NCBI GenBank assembly: GCA_965227655.1
Contig: OZ245765.1
Coordinates: 2,393,724 to 2,457,723 of the forward strand
Reading direction: 5' to 3'
From: Rhodoglobus sp.
Lineage (GTDB): Bacteria > Actinomycetota > Actinomycetes > Actinomycetales > Microbacteriaceae
DNA: 64,000 bases
Position numbers and translations under genes: made by a program. Positions within the stretch are counted from its first letter, which is position 1. Each line of letters opens with the position of its first letter. This document shows positions 42,339 to 51,663 of this stretch, piece by piece. The notes under the pieces are model-generated. The model was not told the DNA's origin. It was given only the letters and a program-made list of their open reading frames with translations, and did not search any database.

Positions 42339-42360
42339 CGAACATCCGAGAGGACACCGA

Positions 42361-43326
42361 ATGACGATTCCCCCCGAGCAGGCCACCTGGTTCGCCGAGA
42401 CGTTCGCGCTCCTGGCCGACAACGTCGAGCAGTCGATCCTCGGCAAGCGCAAGGTCGTCGAGCTCGTGCTCGCGACGGCCATCAGCGAGGGCCACGTGCT
42501 GCTGGAGGATGTGCCCGGCACGGGCAAGACCGCGCTCGCGCGCACGATAGCCCAGACGGTCACGGGCGTGAGCTCGCGCATCCAGTTCACCCCCGACCTG
42601 CTGCCGGGCGACGTGACGGGCATCACGGTCTACGACCAGAAGGTCGGCGAGTTCCAGTTCCACGCGGGCCCCATCTTCGCGAACGTCGTGCTCGCGGATG
42701 AGATCAACCGCGCGAGCCCGAAGACGCAGTCGGCGCTCCTCGAGGTCATGGAGGAGGGGCAGGTCACCGTCGACGGCATCACGCGCCCGGTCGGAGTGCC
42801 GTTCCTCGTCATCGCGACGCAGAACCCCGTCGAGCAGGCGGGCACGTACCGCCTCCCGGAGGCGCAACTCGACAGGTTCATGATCAAGACCTCTATCGGG
42901 TACCCGGATGACGCGGCGACCATGCGAATCTTGCAGGGGGTCATGAGCCCCAAGCCCGAGGTGGCAGGAATCGTCTCGCCGGAGACGCTCGTCTCGATGA
43001 CCGACATCGCGCGCGGTGCCTACGTGAACCCGCTGCTGTTCGACTACATCATGCGCATCGTGGACGCCACCCGCCGGGCCTCCGAGGTCAAGCTCGGGGT
43101 GAGCGTTCGCGGCGCCCTCGCGCTCTCGAAGCTCGTCATGACGTGGGCCGTCGCGCACGGCCGCACCTTCGTGACCCCTGACGACGTGCGCGAGCTGGCG
43201 GTGCCGGCGCTCGCCCATCGCCTCATCCTGCTGCCGGAGGCCGAGTTCGACGGCGTCACCGCCGTGGGCGTCATCGGGCAGATCCTGCTCGACGTGCCCG
43301 CCCCCGCGGAGAACGGGGCCGCGTGA
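42361..43326 (+). CDS. MoxR family AAA+ ATPase
   Basis: EDVPGTGKT, RIQFTPDLLPGD, ADEINRASPKTQSALLE, ATQNP, QLDRF. Confidence 0.96.
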   Translation: MTIPPEQATWFAETFALLADNVEQSILGKRKVVELVLATAISEGHVLLEDVPGTGKTALARTIAQTVTGVSSRIQFTPDLLPGDVTGITVYDQKVGEFQFHAGPIFANVVLADEINRASPKTQSALLEVMEEGQVTVDGITRPVGVPFLVIATQNPVEQAGTYRLPEAQLDRFMIKTSIGYPDDAATMRILQGVMSPKPEVAGIVSPETLVSMTDIARGAYVNPLLFDYIMRIVDATRRASEVKLGVSVRGALALSKLVMTWAVAHGRTFVTPDDVRELAVPALAHRLILLPEAEFDGVTAVGVIGQILLDVPAPAENGAA

Positions 43327-44702
43327 CCCCAGCTCCACGAGAGAACCACACCGAGGCGGGACTGAGCCGCACCTCGGCGAGCACCCGCACGCGCGCGGAG
43401 ACCGTCACGCGGTTCACGAGCACGCGGGCGGCGGTCGTCGGCTCCGGCGTGTTCTGGGGTCGCCGGGCGTTGCGCGGCGCGCGCTCGTGGGCGCTCGCGG
43501 TGTGGGAGTTCCTCTCGGGGACCATCACGGCGGCCGGATGGCTCCTGGTCGCCGTCCTCGTGGCGGGCCTCGTCGCGGGGCTCGCCCTCGGCTGGGTGGA
43601 GGCCCTCGTCGTCGCGAGCATTGCCGCAGTGCTTCTCATCCTGTGCCTGCCGTTCCTGTTCGGCGGCCACGACTACCGTGCGCACCTCGTGCTCGAGAAC
43701 GACCGCGTGGTGGCGGGCACCGACGTGAGCGGCTACCTCGAGATCCGCAACCAGTCGCACCGGTTCTCGCTGCCGGGCGTCGTCGATATCCCCGTGGGCG
43801 AGGGACTCGTTGAGGCGCACGTGCCCCTGCTCGGCGCGGGTGCCGAGCACCGCGAGCAGCTCACGATCGGCGCGCACCGTCGCGGTGTGATCACCGTGGG
43901 GCCCATGACCATCGGCCGCGGGGATCCGCTGGGGATCCTTCGCCGGGAGGTGTCGTGGCCTCAGGTGGAACAGGTGTTCGTGCATCCGGTCACCGTCGCC
44001 ATCCCGTCGACGAGTGCGGGAAACATCAAGGACCTCGACGGGGCGCCCACGAAGGACATCGTCAACGCCGACCTGTCGTTCCACGCGATCCGGCAGTACA
44101 TGCCGGGCGATTCTCGCCGTCACGTGCACTGGAAGTCGACGGCGAAGACCGGCACCCTCATGGTGCGGCAGTACGAGGAGACCCGCCGCGCGCGGGTGGC
44201 CGTGGTGCTCGACCTCGATCTCGCCGAGTACGGCAGCGACGACGAGTTCGAGATGGCGGTGAGTGCCGCGGCCTCCCTCGCCGTGCAGGGCGTGCGCGAC
44301 GGCCGCGAGGTGCTCGTCGCCGTGAGCGACGAGATTCCCGAGATCACCCGGACGACTGTGCTGTCGATCCGCGAGCTGCCCACCCTGACCCCCCGCACGC
44401 TCCTCGACGCCATGGCGGGCGTGCAGGGCAGCGAGCGCGCCCTGCGCCTCGAGACGGTGACGGCGCTCGCCGTGGCATCGCACGCCGACCTCTCGATAGC
44501 CTTCGTCGTCACGGGCAGCGGGCCGAGCCTCACGCGCCTGCGGACGGCCGCCCTCGCCTTCCCGGTGGATGTCGTCACCGTGGCGGTGCGCATCGAGCCG
44601 GGTGCCGAGCCGACGCTGCGCTCCACCGACGACCTCACGGTGATGACTGTCGGCGCGCTGCACGACCTCTCGCACATGATCGCGCGCGGAGCACTCTCGT
44701 GA
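43323..44702 (+). CDS. DUF58 domain protein (MoxR-associated)
   Basis: FHAIRQYMPGDSRRHVHWKSTAKTGTLMVRQYE. Confidence 0.93.
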   Translation: MTPAPRENHTEAGLSRTSASTRTRAETVTRFTSTRAAVVGSGVFWGRRALRGARSWALAVWEFLSGTITAAGWLLVAVLVAGLVAGLALGWVEALVVASIAAVLLILCLPFLFGGHDYRAHLVLENDRVVAGTDVSGYLEIRNQSHRFSLPGVVDIPVGEGLVEAHVPLLGAGAEHREQLTIGAHRRGVITVGPMTIGRGDPLGILRREVSWPQVEQVFVHPVTVAIPSTSAGNIKDLDGAPTKDIVNADLSFHAIRQYMPGDSRRHVHWKSTAKTGTLMVRQYEETRRARVAVVLDLDLAEYGSDDEFEMAVSAAASLAVQGVRDGREVLVAVSDEIPEITRTTVLSIRELPTLTPRTLLDAMAGVQGSERALRLETVTALAVASHADLSIAFVVTGSGPSLTRLRTAALAFPVDVVTVAVRIEPGAEPTLRSTDDLTVMTVGALHDLSHMIARGALS

Positions 44703-47110
44703 GGCGCCTGTGGGATCTCGCCTACGTCATTGTGGGCGCGGCCGTCGCTACGGCTCTGGCGTGGCCCATCTACGAGAGCCCGCGCGTGGTGCTCATCGGC
44801 ATCGCCAGCGTCGTCGTCGCCCTCGCGATCGTGCTGCTGGCGCGGCGCGGATGGCTCGCCGCAGTCCTCGCCCTCGTCGCGTACCTCGCCCTCGTGGTTC
44901 CGCTCGCGATACCGTCGGGCCTCGGCTCACTCGATCGCGTGCTGCGAGCCCTGCGCGACGGACTGTTCGGCATCGTTCTCGGCTGGAAGCAGCTGCTCAC
45001 CCTGAGCCTGCCCCTCGGCGAGTACCAGGCCGTGCTCGTGCCGCTGCTCGTCGTGCTCCTGGGGGGCACGGTTCTCGCGCTGTGGCTCGTGCGCGGGCGG
45101 TTCGCCCCCGCGGCGATCGTCGTCGTGTTCGCGATGGCGCTGTTCGGCATCGCGTTCGGGTCGACGGAGACGGGGGCTCCGCTCATCGTGGCGGGAGTGG
45201 GCATCCCGGCCCCGCGCGAGATCGGGCTCATCGTCGCCCTCGTCGTCGCGTCGCTCGCGTGGCTCGTGGGCCGCGCCCGGTTCGCCCGAGTCGAGGCTCT
45301 GCGCATCGCGCAGGCGAGCACGGCAGGTGTTCGGCAGGGACCGTCGTCGTTCTGGCGCGCCGCGCGCCGCCGCATCCTCGCCGCCATCCTCCTCGTAGTG
45401 GCCCTCGTGGGTGGTCTCGCGATCGCGCCTCTCGCGTCTGGCCTCGCTCCGCGGCAGGCGCTGCGCGACGGCGTCGACCCGCTCGTCGTGCTGCGCGACC
45501 AGCCGAGTCCGCTCGCCGCCTACCGCTCGTGGTTCCTCGGCGGCAAGTACGGCAGCGAGCTCTTCACCGTCACGGGTGACACCGCAGCGTTCGACAGGCT
45601 GCGCATCGCGACCCTCGACACCTACGACGGCCAGGTCTTCGAGGTCGCTGCGAGCGCGCCGTTCAGTCGCGTTCCCAGCACGACACCCGCGGACGGCAGC
45701 AGCGAGCTCACGGTGACGATCGGCGACGGATTCGCCGGCCCCTGGGTGCCCGTGCCCACGGGTCTCACGGCAGCACCGGCCTTCGAAGGGCCGCGCGCCG
45801 ACCTCCTCGCCGACGGCTTCTACGTTGGGGAGCAGGGCGGCACGGCGCTGGACACCGCCGTCTCGGGCGACGGGGGCTACGGGTTGCGGGCGGGTGACTC
45901 GTACCGCGTCTCAGGTGCTGCCGCGGCCCCGGATGCCGCACTCGCGGGCGCGCGAGGTGGCGACTCCCTCATCCCGGCCGACGAGTACCCGGCCCTCGTG
46001 CGCTGGGTGGCGCTGCAGGAGGTTCCGCGCACGGGGGAGGGGCTCATCCGGCTCACGTCCCTGCTCACGCAGCGCGGATACCTCAGCCACTCCCTCACGG
46101 ACGACGCGGCCTCGACGGCCTGGGTTGCCGACCTCGTGGCGCGCGCACCGTACGCCTTCCAGAGCAGCTACGCGGGGCACTCGGCAGCGCGCGTGGAGGA
46201 GCTGTTCACCGACCTCGTCGACCAGCAGGTGCGCGCGGGCGAGGGTGCGCGCGACGACCTCCTCGTGACGGCAGTGGGTGATGACGAGCAGTTCGCCACG
46301 GCGACCGCACTGCTCGCGCGCTACCTCGGCTTCGAGTCGCGGGTCGTGCTCGGCGTGCGCCTCACGGCTGCCGCCGACTCGCCCATCGCGCCGTGCGCCG
46401 ACGGCGTGTGCACGGGGGCGAACGTGACCGCGTGGACCGAGGCCCGCGCGCCCGGTGGCACGTGGGCGCCGCTCGACGCGAGCCCGCAGTTCGCGGTCGC
46501 ACCGACGACTATCGCCGTGGGCGAGCAGCTGCCGGAGAACCCGACGGTGCCCGACCAGCAGTCTCCGCAGGTCGTCGAGCCGCCCGCAGTGCAGCGCGAC
46601 GATTCCGCGGGCGCCGACGCCCCGGTCGCCCCCGCGCCCGGCTGGCTCGAGCTTCTGCTGCCCATCCTCGCGAGGGTTGCCATGGGCGCCCTCGGGCTAC
46701 TGCTGCTCATCCTGCCGGCCGCGGTGCTGCTCATCGCGAAGGCCTTCCGCCGCCGAACCCGGCGCGATGCCGAGGTGCCCGAGGTGTCGATCGTCGGCGC
46801 ATGGGACGAGCTCGTCGACAGCTACCTCGACCACGGCGTCGAGATCGCGCCCGGCAGCACGCGAGCCGCCGTGGCGCGCGAACTCGGCAGGCCCGCGGTG
46901 GTGGAACTCGCCGCGACCGTCGATCGCGCGGTGTTCGCCGAGACGCAGTCCGGTATCGTCGCGCGCGACCGCGCGTGGCAGCTCGTCGACGGGGAACGGC
47001 TCGCACTCGCCCGCGTGAGCACGAGAATGGAGAGGGTGCGCGCCGCGCTGAGTCCGGCATCCTTCCTCCGCCAGCTCGCATCAGCACCACGCCGCAAGGA
47101 GAACGCATGA
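44699..47110 (+). CDS. Multi-TM transglutaminase-like (TgpA-type) protein lacking the catalytic Cys and His
   Basis: About 8 N-terminal TM; LRIATLDTYDG; GDDEQFA...RYLGFESRVVLG; TAWTE; WAPLDASP; GTG start overlaps DUF58 stop. Confidence 0.85.
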   Translation: MRRLWDLAYVIVGAAVATALAWPIYESPRVVLIGIASVVVALAIVLLARRGWLAAVLALVAYLALVVPLAIPSGLGSLDRVLRALRDGLFGIVLGWKQLLTLSLPLGEYQAVLVPLLVVLLGGTVLALWLVRGRFAPAAIVVVFAMALFGIAFGSTETGAPLIVAGVGIPAPREIGLIVALVVASLAWLVGRARFARVEALRIAQASTAGVRQGPSSFWRAARRRILAAILLVVALVGGLAIAPLASGLAPRQALRDGVDPLVVLRDQPSPLAAYRSWFLGGKYGSELFTVTGDTAAFDRLRIATLDTYDGQVFEVAASAPFSRVPSTTPADGSSELTVTIGDGFAGPWVPVPTGLTAAPAFEGPRADLLADGFYVGEQGGTALDTAVSGDGGYGLRAGDSYRVSGAAAAPDAALAGARGGDSLIPADEYPALVRWVALQEVPRTGEGLIRLTSLLTQRGYLSHSLTDDAASTAWVADLVARAPYAFQSSYAGHSAARVEELFTDLVDQQVRAGEGARDDLLVTAVGDDEQFATATALLARYLGFESRVVLGVRLTAAADSPIAPCADGVCTGANVTAWTEARAPGGTWAPLDASPQFAVAPTTIAVGEQLPENPTVPDQQSPQVVEPPAVQRDDSAGADAPVAPAPGWLELLLPILARVAMGALGLLLLILPAAVLLIAKAFRRRTRRDAEVPEVSIVGAWDELVDSYLDHGVEIAPGSTRAAVARELGRPAVVELAATVDRAVFAETQSGIVARDRAWQLVDGERLALARVSTRMERVRAALSPASFLRQLASAPRRKENA

Positions 47111-48198
47111 CCGACTACCAGGGCGTCACGACCGCGCTCATCATCTCGTCAGTCGTGAGCGGTCTGCTGATCGTGGGCTTCTATGTCTGGTACGCCTACG
47201 CGCTCACGAAGCTGTTCCCCAAGCTCGGCGCTGAAGGTTGGAAGGGCTGGGTGCCGATCCTCAACGAGGTCGTGCTGCTGGAGCGCGGGGGAGTTCCCGG
47301 TTGGTCGATCGTGTTCTACGTGCTCCCGGTCGTGCAGCTCTACGGCATCTACCTCAAGGTCACGGCCCTGCACCGCATCACGGAGTCGTTCGGCAAGGGC
47401 GCGGGTGTCACCGTGCTCGGGCTGTTCCTGCCGCCCGTCTGGGCGACCCTGCTGGCGAGCTCCCGGATGCCCGCCCCCGGCGCCTACGACAGCAAAGTCG
47501 ACCAGCTCATGCGGCTGCAGGAGGGCAGCCCTCGCGCCGAGCTGCTCACCCCCACGGTCTACGCCTCGGAGCCTCCGGCCCCCCCCGCCGCCCCCGTGCC
47601 GCTGTCGTTCCCGTCGCTCGCGCCCTCCACCCCCGAGCCCGCGCGACTGCTGGAGCCGGAGCCGGTCGTCCCGGCCCCCGCAGCTGCGGCACCCACTCCT
47701 GCTCCTGCTCCCGTATCACCAGAGAAGATCGTCTTCCCGTGGGCCTCCCACGACGAGGCCGAGGAGACGATCATCACGCCGGCGCCCGCGCCGCTCGTCG
47801 CCCCGGTCGAGGCCGATGACCTCGACCGCACGATCGTCGTCGAGCGCCAGCCCTTCGTCGCGTGGCGCCTCGTGACCGACGAGGGGCACGTCATCCCGCT
47901 CCGGGCCCGTCGGGTGCTGCTCGGTCGCAAGCCCTCGTCCAGTACGGACGACGTGGCGGTCGTGGCCGTGCCGGACAGCACCAAGACGCTCTCGAAGAAC
48001 CACGCGCGGCTGGAGCTCTCCGCCGAGGGGGCGTGGAGCATCCTCGACCTCGACTCCACCAACGGCGTCATCATCATCGAACCCGACGGCAGCGAGACGC
48101 TCCTGCCGCCGGGCGGCAGCGCACCCGTGCCCGGCAGGTTCCTGCTCGGCAGGGTGGGCATGCAGGTCAGCAGCGACGACCTCGAGGAGACGCGATGA
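47107..48198 (+). CDS. DUF5684-like TM domain + Pro-rich linker + FHA domain protein
   Basis: KLFPKLGAEGWKGWVPILN...FGKG; VLLGR...LSKNHA...DLDSTNG. Confidence 0.85.
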   Translation: MTDYQGVTTALIISSVVSGLLIVGFYVWYAYALTKLFPKLGAEGWKGWVPILNEVVLLERGGVPGWSIVFYVLPVVQLYGIYLKVTALHRITESFGKGAGVTVLGLFLPPVWATLLASSRMPAPGAYDSKVDQLMRLQEGSPRAELLTPTVYASEPPAPPAAPVPLSFPSLAPSTPEPARLLEPEPVVPAPAAAAPTPAPAPVSPEKIVFPWASHDEAEETIITPAPAPLVAPVEADDLDRTIVVERQPFVAWRLVTDEGHVIPLRARRVLLGRKPSSSTDDVAVVAVPDSTKTLSKNHARLELSAEGAWSILDLDSTNGVIIIEPDGSETLLPPGGSAPVPGRFLLGRVGMQVSSDDLEETR

Positions 48199-48989
48199 CC
48201 GAGGTCGTGCTCGCGGTGGCCGCCAGAACGGATCCGGGACTCAAGCGGCCCGTCAACGAGGATTCGCTGCTCGCCGAGTCGCCGGTGTTCGTCGTCGCCG
48301 ACGGCATGGGCGGGTACGAGGCTGGCGACCTCGCGAGTGCTGCGGTCGTCGACGCGTTCCGCGGCATGGTGGGGGATGCGTGGGCCGACGTGGCGGGCAT
48401 CCGGGCGGCCCTCGTCGCGGCGTCGGAGGGCGTGGCGGCAGTCGCTGACGGCACACTGCGCGGAGCGGGCAGCACCGTCACGGGGGCTGCCCTCGTCGAT
48501 CACGGCGGAATCGCGCACTGGCTCGTCTTCAACGTGGGCGACTCGCGCGTCTATCGCCACGTGGGCAACGAGCTCGAGCAGCTCACCATCGACCACTCGC
48601 TCGGGCAGGAGCTCGTCGACCGCGGCGAGCTCAGACACGACCAGATGGCCGACTTCGCCAACCGCAACATCATCACGCGAGCCATCGGCGCCGCCGACAG
48701 CACTGCCGACAGCTGGCTCGTGCCCGTGGTCACGGGCGACCGGCTGCTGATCTGCTCGGACGGGCTGTACTCGGAGGTGCCCGACGAGGGAATCCGCGCG
48801 ACCCTGACGATGAGCGGCAAGCCGGAGTCCGCGGCGAGCACCCTCGTGCAGCGCGCACGGGATGCGGGCGGCCGCGACAACATCTCCGTGATCGTCATCG
48901 ACGTCATCGCGGGCGGGTCGCCCGCGGCGGCCGGCGAGTCGACGGGCGTGCGCGACACCACGACGGTCCCCGTGCCGAGGCAGTCGTGA
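48195..48989 (+). CDS. PP2C/PPM family Ser/Thr phosphatase
   Basis: RPVNEDS, VADGMGG, NVGDSR, CSDGL, GGRDNIS. Confidence 0.95.
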   Translation: MTEVVLAVAARTDPGLKRPVNEDSLLAESPVFVVADGMGGYEAGDLASAAVVDAFRGMVGDAWADVAGIRAALVAASEGVAAVADGTLRGAGSTVTGAALVDHGGIAHWLVFNVGDSRVYRHVGNELEQLTIDHSLGQELVDRGELRHDQMADFANRNIITRAIGAADSTADSWLVPVVTGDRLLICSDGLYSEVPDEGIRATLTMSGKPESAASTLVQRARDAGGRDNISVIVIDVIAGGSPAAAGESTGVRDTTTVPVPRQS

Positions 48990-49489
48990 TCGACGAGAAC
49001 GACGACGATGTCGACGACACGGTCGTGATCGACAGGGAGCCCACCGTGGTTCCCGAGCGCGACGAGGACCGCACGATCGCCATACCGCGCACGCGGCAGG
49101 CACCCGTGGAGCCGGAACCCGTATCCGAATCCGAACCCGACGACGCGGATGACGACGACCACACGATCGCGCTGCCGAGAACGACACCGAAACGCAAGAC
49201 CGACGACGAGGTCATGCGTCTGCTGCCGCCGCGGGAGTCGCGCGCGCGCGCAGCGGTGGGCCCCCGCGCGGTGGCGAGCTATCCGGCGCGCACTGTCGGT
49301 CCCGCGCCCAAGGGCGTCGTCGCCGACACCGTGCTGCGCGAGCGCGGGCCGGGGAACTCGAGGGCGCTGCCCTCGGTCGCTCGCGTGTCACGCCGGGCGG
49401 GCATCCGTGCGCTCGTGCTGTTCGCCGCGGCGTGCGTCGTCTCGGTAGTCGGGATCGTCGTCGTTGTCGTGTGGTTCGTGCGCGGCTGA
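48986..49489 (+). CDS. Hypothetical protein: acidic disordered N-terminus with repeated D-x-T-hydrophobic motifs, C-terminal TM
   Basis: GTGA overlap with PP2C; DDTVVI, DRTIAI, DHTIAL. Confidence 0.7.
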   Translation: MIDENDDDVDDTVVIDREPTVVPERDEDRTIAIPRTRQAPVEPEPVSESEPDDADDDDHTIALPRTTPKRKTDDEVMRLLPPRESRARAAVGPRAVASYPARTVGPAPKGVVADTVLRERGPGNSRALPSVARVSRRAGIRALVLFAAACVVSVVGIVVVVVWFVRG

Positions 49490-49504
49490 GCCTGCACACC
49501 CGGC

Positions 49505-50506
49505 TCAGTGCGAGCGTGGAACCTCGTGCCGCGAGTAGTTCGATCCGTCGGCGACGACCGTGCCTATGCTGTCGCGGCCCGGCGGCAGCAGTCGTGCGAT
49601 GACGCGGCCGTCAGTAGCATCGCCGAGCGCGGAGACGGCGATATCGGCGAACCTGTCGAGGTCGTCCGGGTCGAGCAGCTCGGGGTCGCTGTCGTCGAGA
49701 AGCACCACGTCGACGCCGCGCGTGCGGGCTGCCTTGGCCGCGTCCACGAGCCGGTGCTGCCGTAGCCCGCGTGCGCGAAGCCCGTCGCGCAGCTCGGCCT
49801 CGGCCGCCGCGAACTCCAAGCGATCTGCGTCGCTCGGGCGCTCGTCGGCGGCGATGCGCTCGAGCAGCGGGACCACCGTGCGGCGCAGGTCGGCGAGGCG
49901 CCCGGCCCGCTCGTCCGACGCCGCGAGGTTCGCGGCCTCCGCTGCACTGCGCGCGTCGGCCTCGGCGGTGAGGTGCCGGATGCTCCTGCCGGTGCGTCGC
50001 AGCCCGATGGCGGTGAGCGTGCCGAACCCGAGGATGGCAGACTGCCGCGCGGCGGTCAGGACCGTCTCCTCCACGCCGGCCCACGTGGTGAAGCCCGAGG
50101 CGATGAGGGCGGCGGCGAAGAAGGCGCACCCGATCCACGCGAACAGGATCCGCCCACGCAGGTTCACGAGGAACAGCATCGCCGTCGCCGCGCCCACGTA
50201 CCAGGCCGTGTAGCCGCCGTCGACGAGCTGCCACGCGACGAGCACGACGGACACCGGCCCGACTGCGATCGCGGCGAGCGTGACGGGCAGCGAGAGTCGC
50301 TCGTGCCGATCGAGGGTCACGGCAAGGCACACTGCCGCGTACAGGACGATCGCGACGATCGGCAGGGCGGGCACCGTCCAGTCCGAGACCGTCCACAGGG
50401 CGAGCACGAGCGTCGCCACGAAGTACGCCCACACGAAGAGGATCGCCCCGACCCCCGTGAGGCTTACGAGCTGCGTCGACGACTCCGGAGTCACCTGTCG
50501 TGCCAT
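49505..50506 (-). CDS. Membrane protein resembling a degenerate sensor kinase
   Basis: About 6 TM, then coiled-coil ERAGRLADL, with no H-box His and no recognisable N/G boxes. Confidence 0.7.
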   Translation of the reverse strand: MARQVTPESSTQLVSLTGVGAILFVWAYFVATLVLALWTVSDWTVPALPIVAIVLYAAVCLAVTLDRHERLSLPVTLAAIAVGPVSVVLVAWQLVDGGYTAWYVGAATAMLFLVNLRGRILFAWIGCAFFAAALIASGFTTWAGVEETVLTAARQSAILGFGTLTAIGLRRTGRSIRHLTAEADARSAAEAANLAASDERAGRLADLRRTVVPLLERIAADERPSDADRLEFAAAEAELRDGLRARGLRQHRLVDAAKAARTRGVDVVLLDDSDPELLDPDDLDRFADIAVSALGDATDGRVIARLLPPGRDSIGTVVADGSNYSRHEVPRSH

Positions 50507-51663
50507 GCGAGGGTCACCACCGTTCCACGGCCCGGTGACGACACGACGGTCGCCGTGCCGTTGTCGACGGCCTCCATGCGCCCTCGGATGCTCACCATGA
50601 TGCCGAGGCGGTATGGGTTCACCGACTGCGTATCGAAGCCGGAGCCGCCGTCGCGGATCTCGACTCGCACGCCGTCATCCGAGAGGGAGAGTGTTGCCCG
50701 CCGCACCACGTGGGGGCCACCCGCGTGCCGCAGGCTGTTGCGCAGCGCCTCGGTGGCGCCCTCCGCGAAGGCGTCGGCGACATCGGCGGGCACGGGCGTC
50801 GTGCGCTGCCCGCGCACCGTGAGCGGCAGGTCGCTCGAGAGGTCGAGGAGCACGGCGCGCAGGCGGCTCGCGAACACGGCAGGCTCGACGGGGGAGGGGT
50901 CGGCGCGCCCCGCATCCAATCGTGCCAGCTCGTCGAGGGCCTTGCGGGCCTGCACCTGCACCGAGCCCGTAAGCTCGCCCTGGTCGGTCGTGGCGTAGTA
51001 CAGGGCGGTGATGAGCTCGTCGTGCACGAGCGCGTCGAGTCGCGCCTGTTCGTGCACGCGTGCGGCCGTGGAGGCGGCGCGTGCTGCGCTCGCGCGGGCG
51101 GTGAGAGCCGCGGCGTCCAGCGCGCGGGCGTTGCGGATGGCGACGATGGCCACGACGGTGAAGATCGCACAGAACACGAGGCAGAACAGGCCGTCCTGCA
51201 GGGCCACGTCGAGGTCGAGCATCCCGGTCGCTTCGAACCTCACGGCGGCGAGGGCAGCGGAGTTCGCGATGACGGCGGCCCACGCGATGGACGGCCGCCA
51301 GGCGAGCGCGGCAGGCACGGTGCCGATGCCCGTGATCCCCAGCACCCACGGTGCCGTGGCGAGGGGCATCGACTCGCCGTGCATAGCGGGGATCCAGGTG
51401 CCCACGACGACCAGGAACCCTATCGCGTAACCGCCGAGGGCGATCCGCAGGCTGCGCAGGGAGAGCGTGCCCGAGATGGTCGCGAGCACGAGCGGGTAGC
51501 CGAACACGATCGCCACGGCGAACCCGAGCCAGACCGGATGCACGTACCCGGCCTGAGCGACGACCGTGGCCGCGCTCAGCACCGCGTAGGCGGCGACGGC
51601 CACCCCGAGCACGATGACGATCGTGCGCACGACGCGCGTCTCGGCGAGGAACGGGTCGGTCAC
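50491..51663 (-). CDS. Sensor histidine kinase (HisKA_3/NarX-like)
   Basis: TMs; LVHD H-box; EALRNSLRHA N-box; IRDGGSGF G1; SSPGRGTVV G2. Confidence 0.88.
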   Translation of the reverse strand: MTDPFLAETRVVRTIVIVLGVAVAAYAVLSAATVVAQAGYVHPVWLGFAVAIVFGYPLVLATISGTLSLRSLRIALGGYAIGFLVVVGTWIPAMHGESMPLATAPWVLGITGIGTVPAALAWRPSIAWAAVIANSAALAAVRFEATGMLDLDVALQDGLFCLVFCAIFTVVAIVAIRNARALDAAALTARASAARAASTAARVHEQARLDALVHDELITALYYATTDQGELTGSVQVQARKALDELARLDAGRADPSPVEPAVFASRLRAVLLDLSSDLPLTVRGQRTTPVPADVADAFAEGATEALRNSLRHAGGPHVVRRATLSLSDDGVRVEIRDGGSGFDTQSVNPYRLGIMVSIRGRMEAVDNGTATVVSSPGRGTVVTLAWHDR

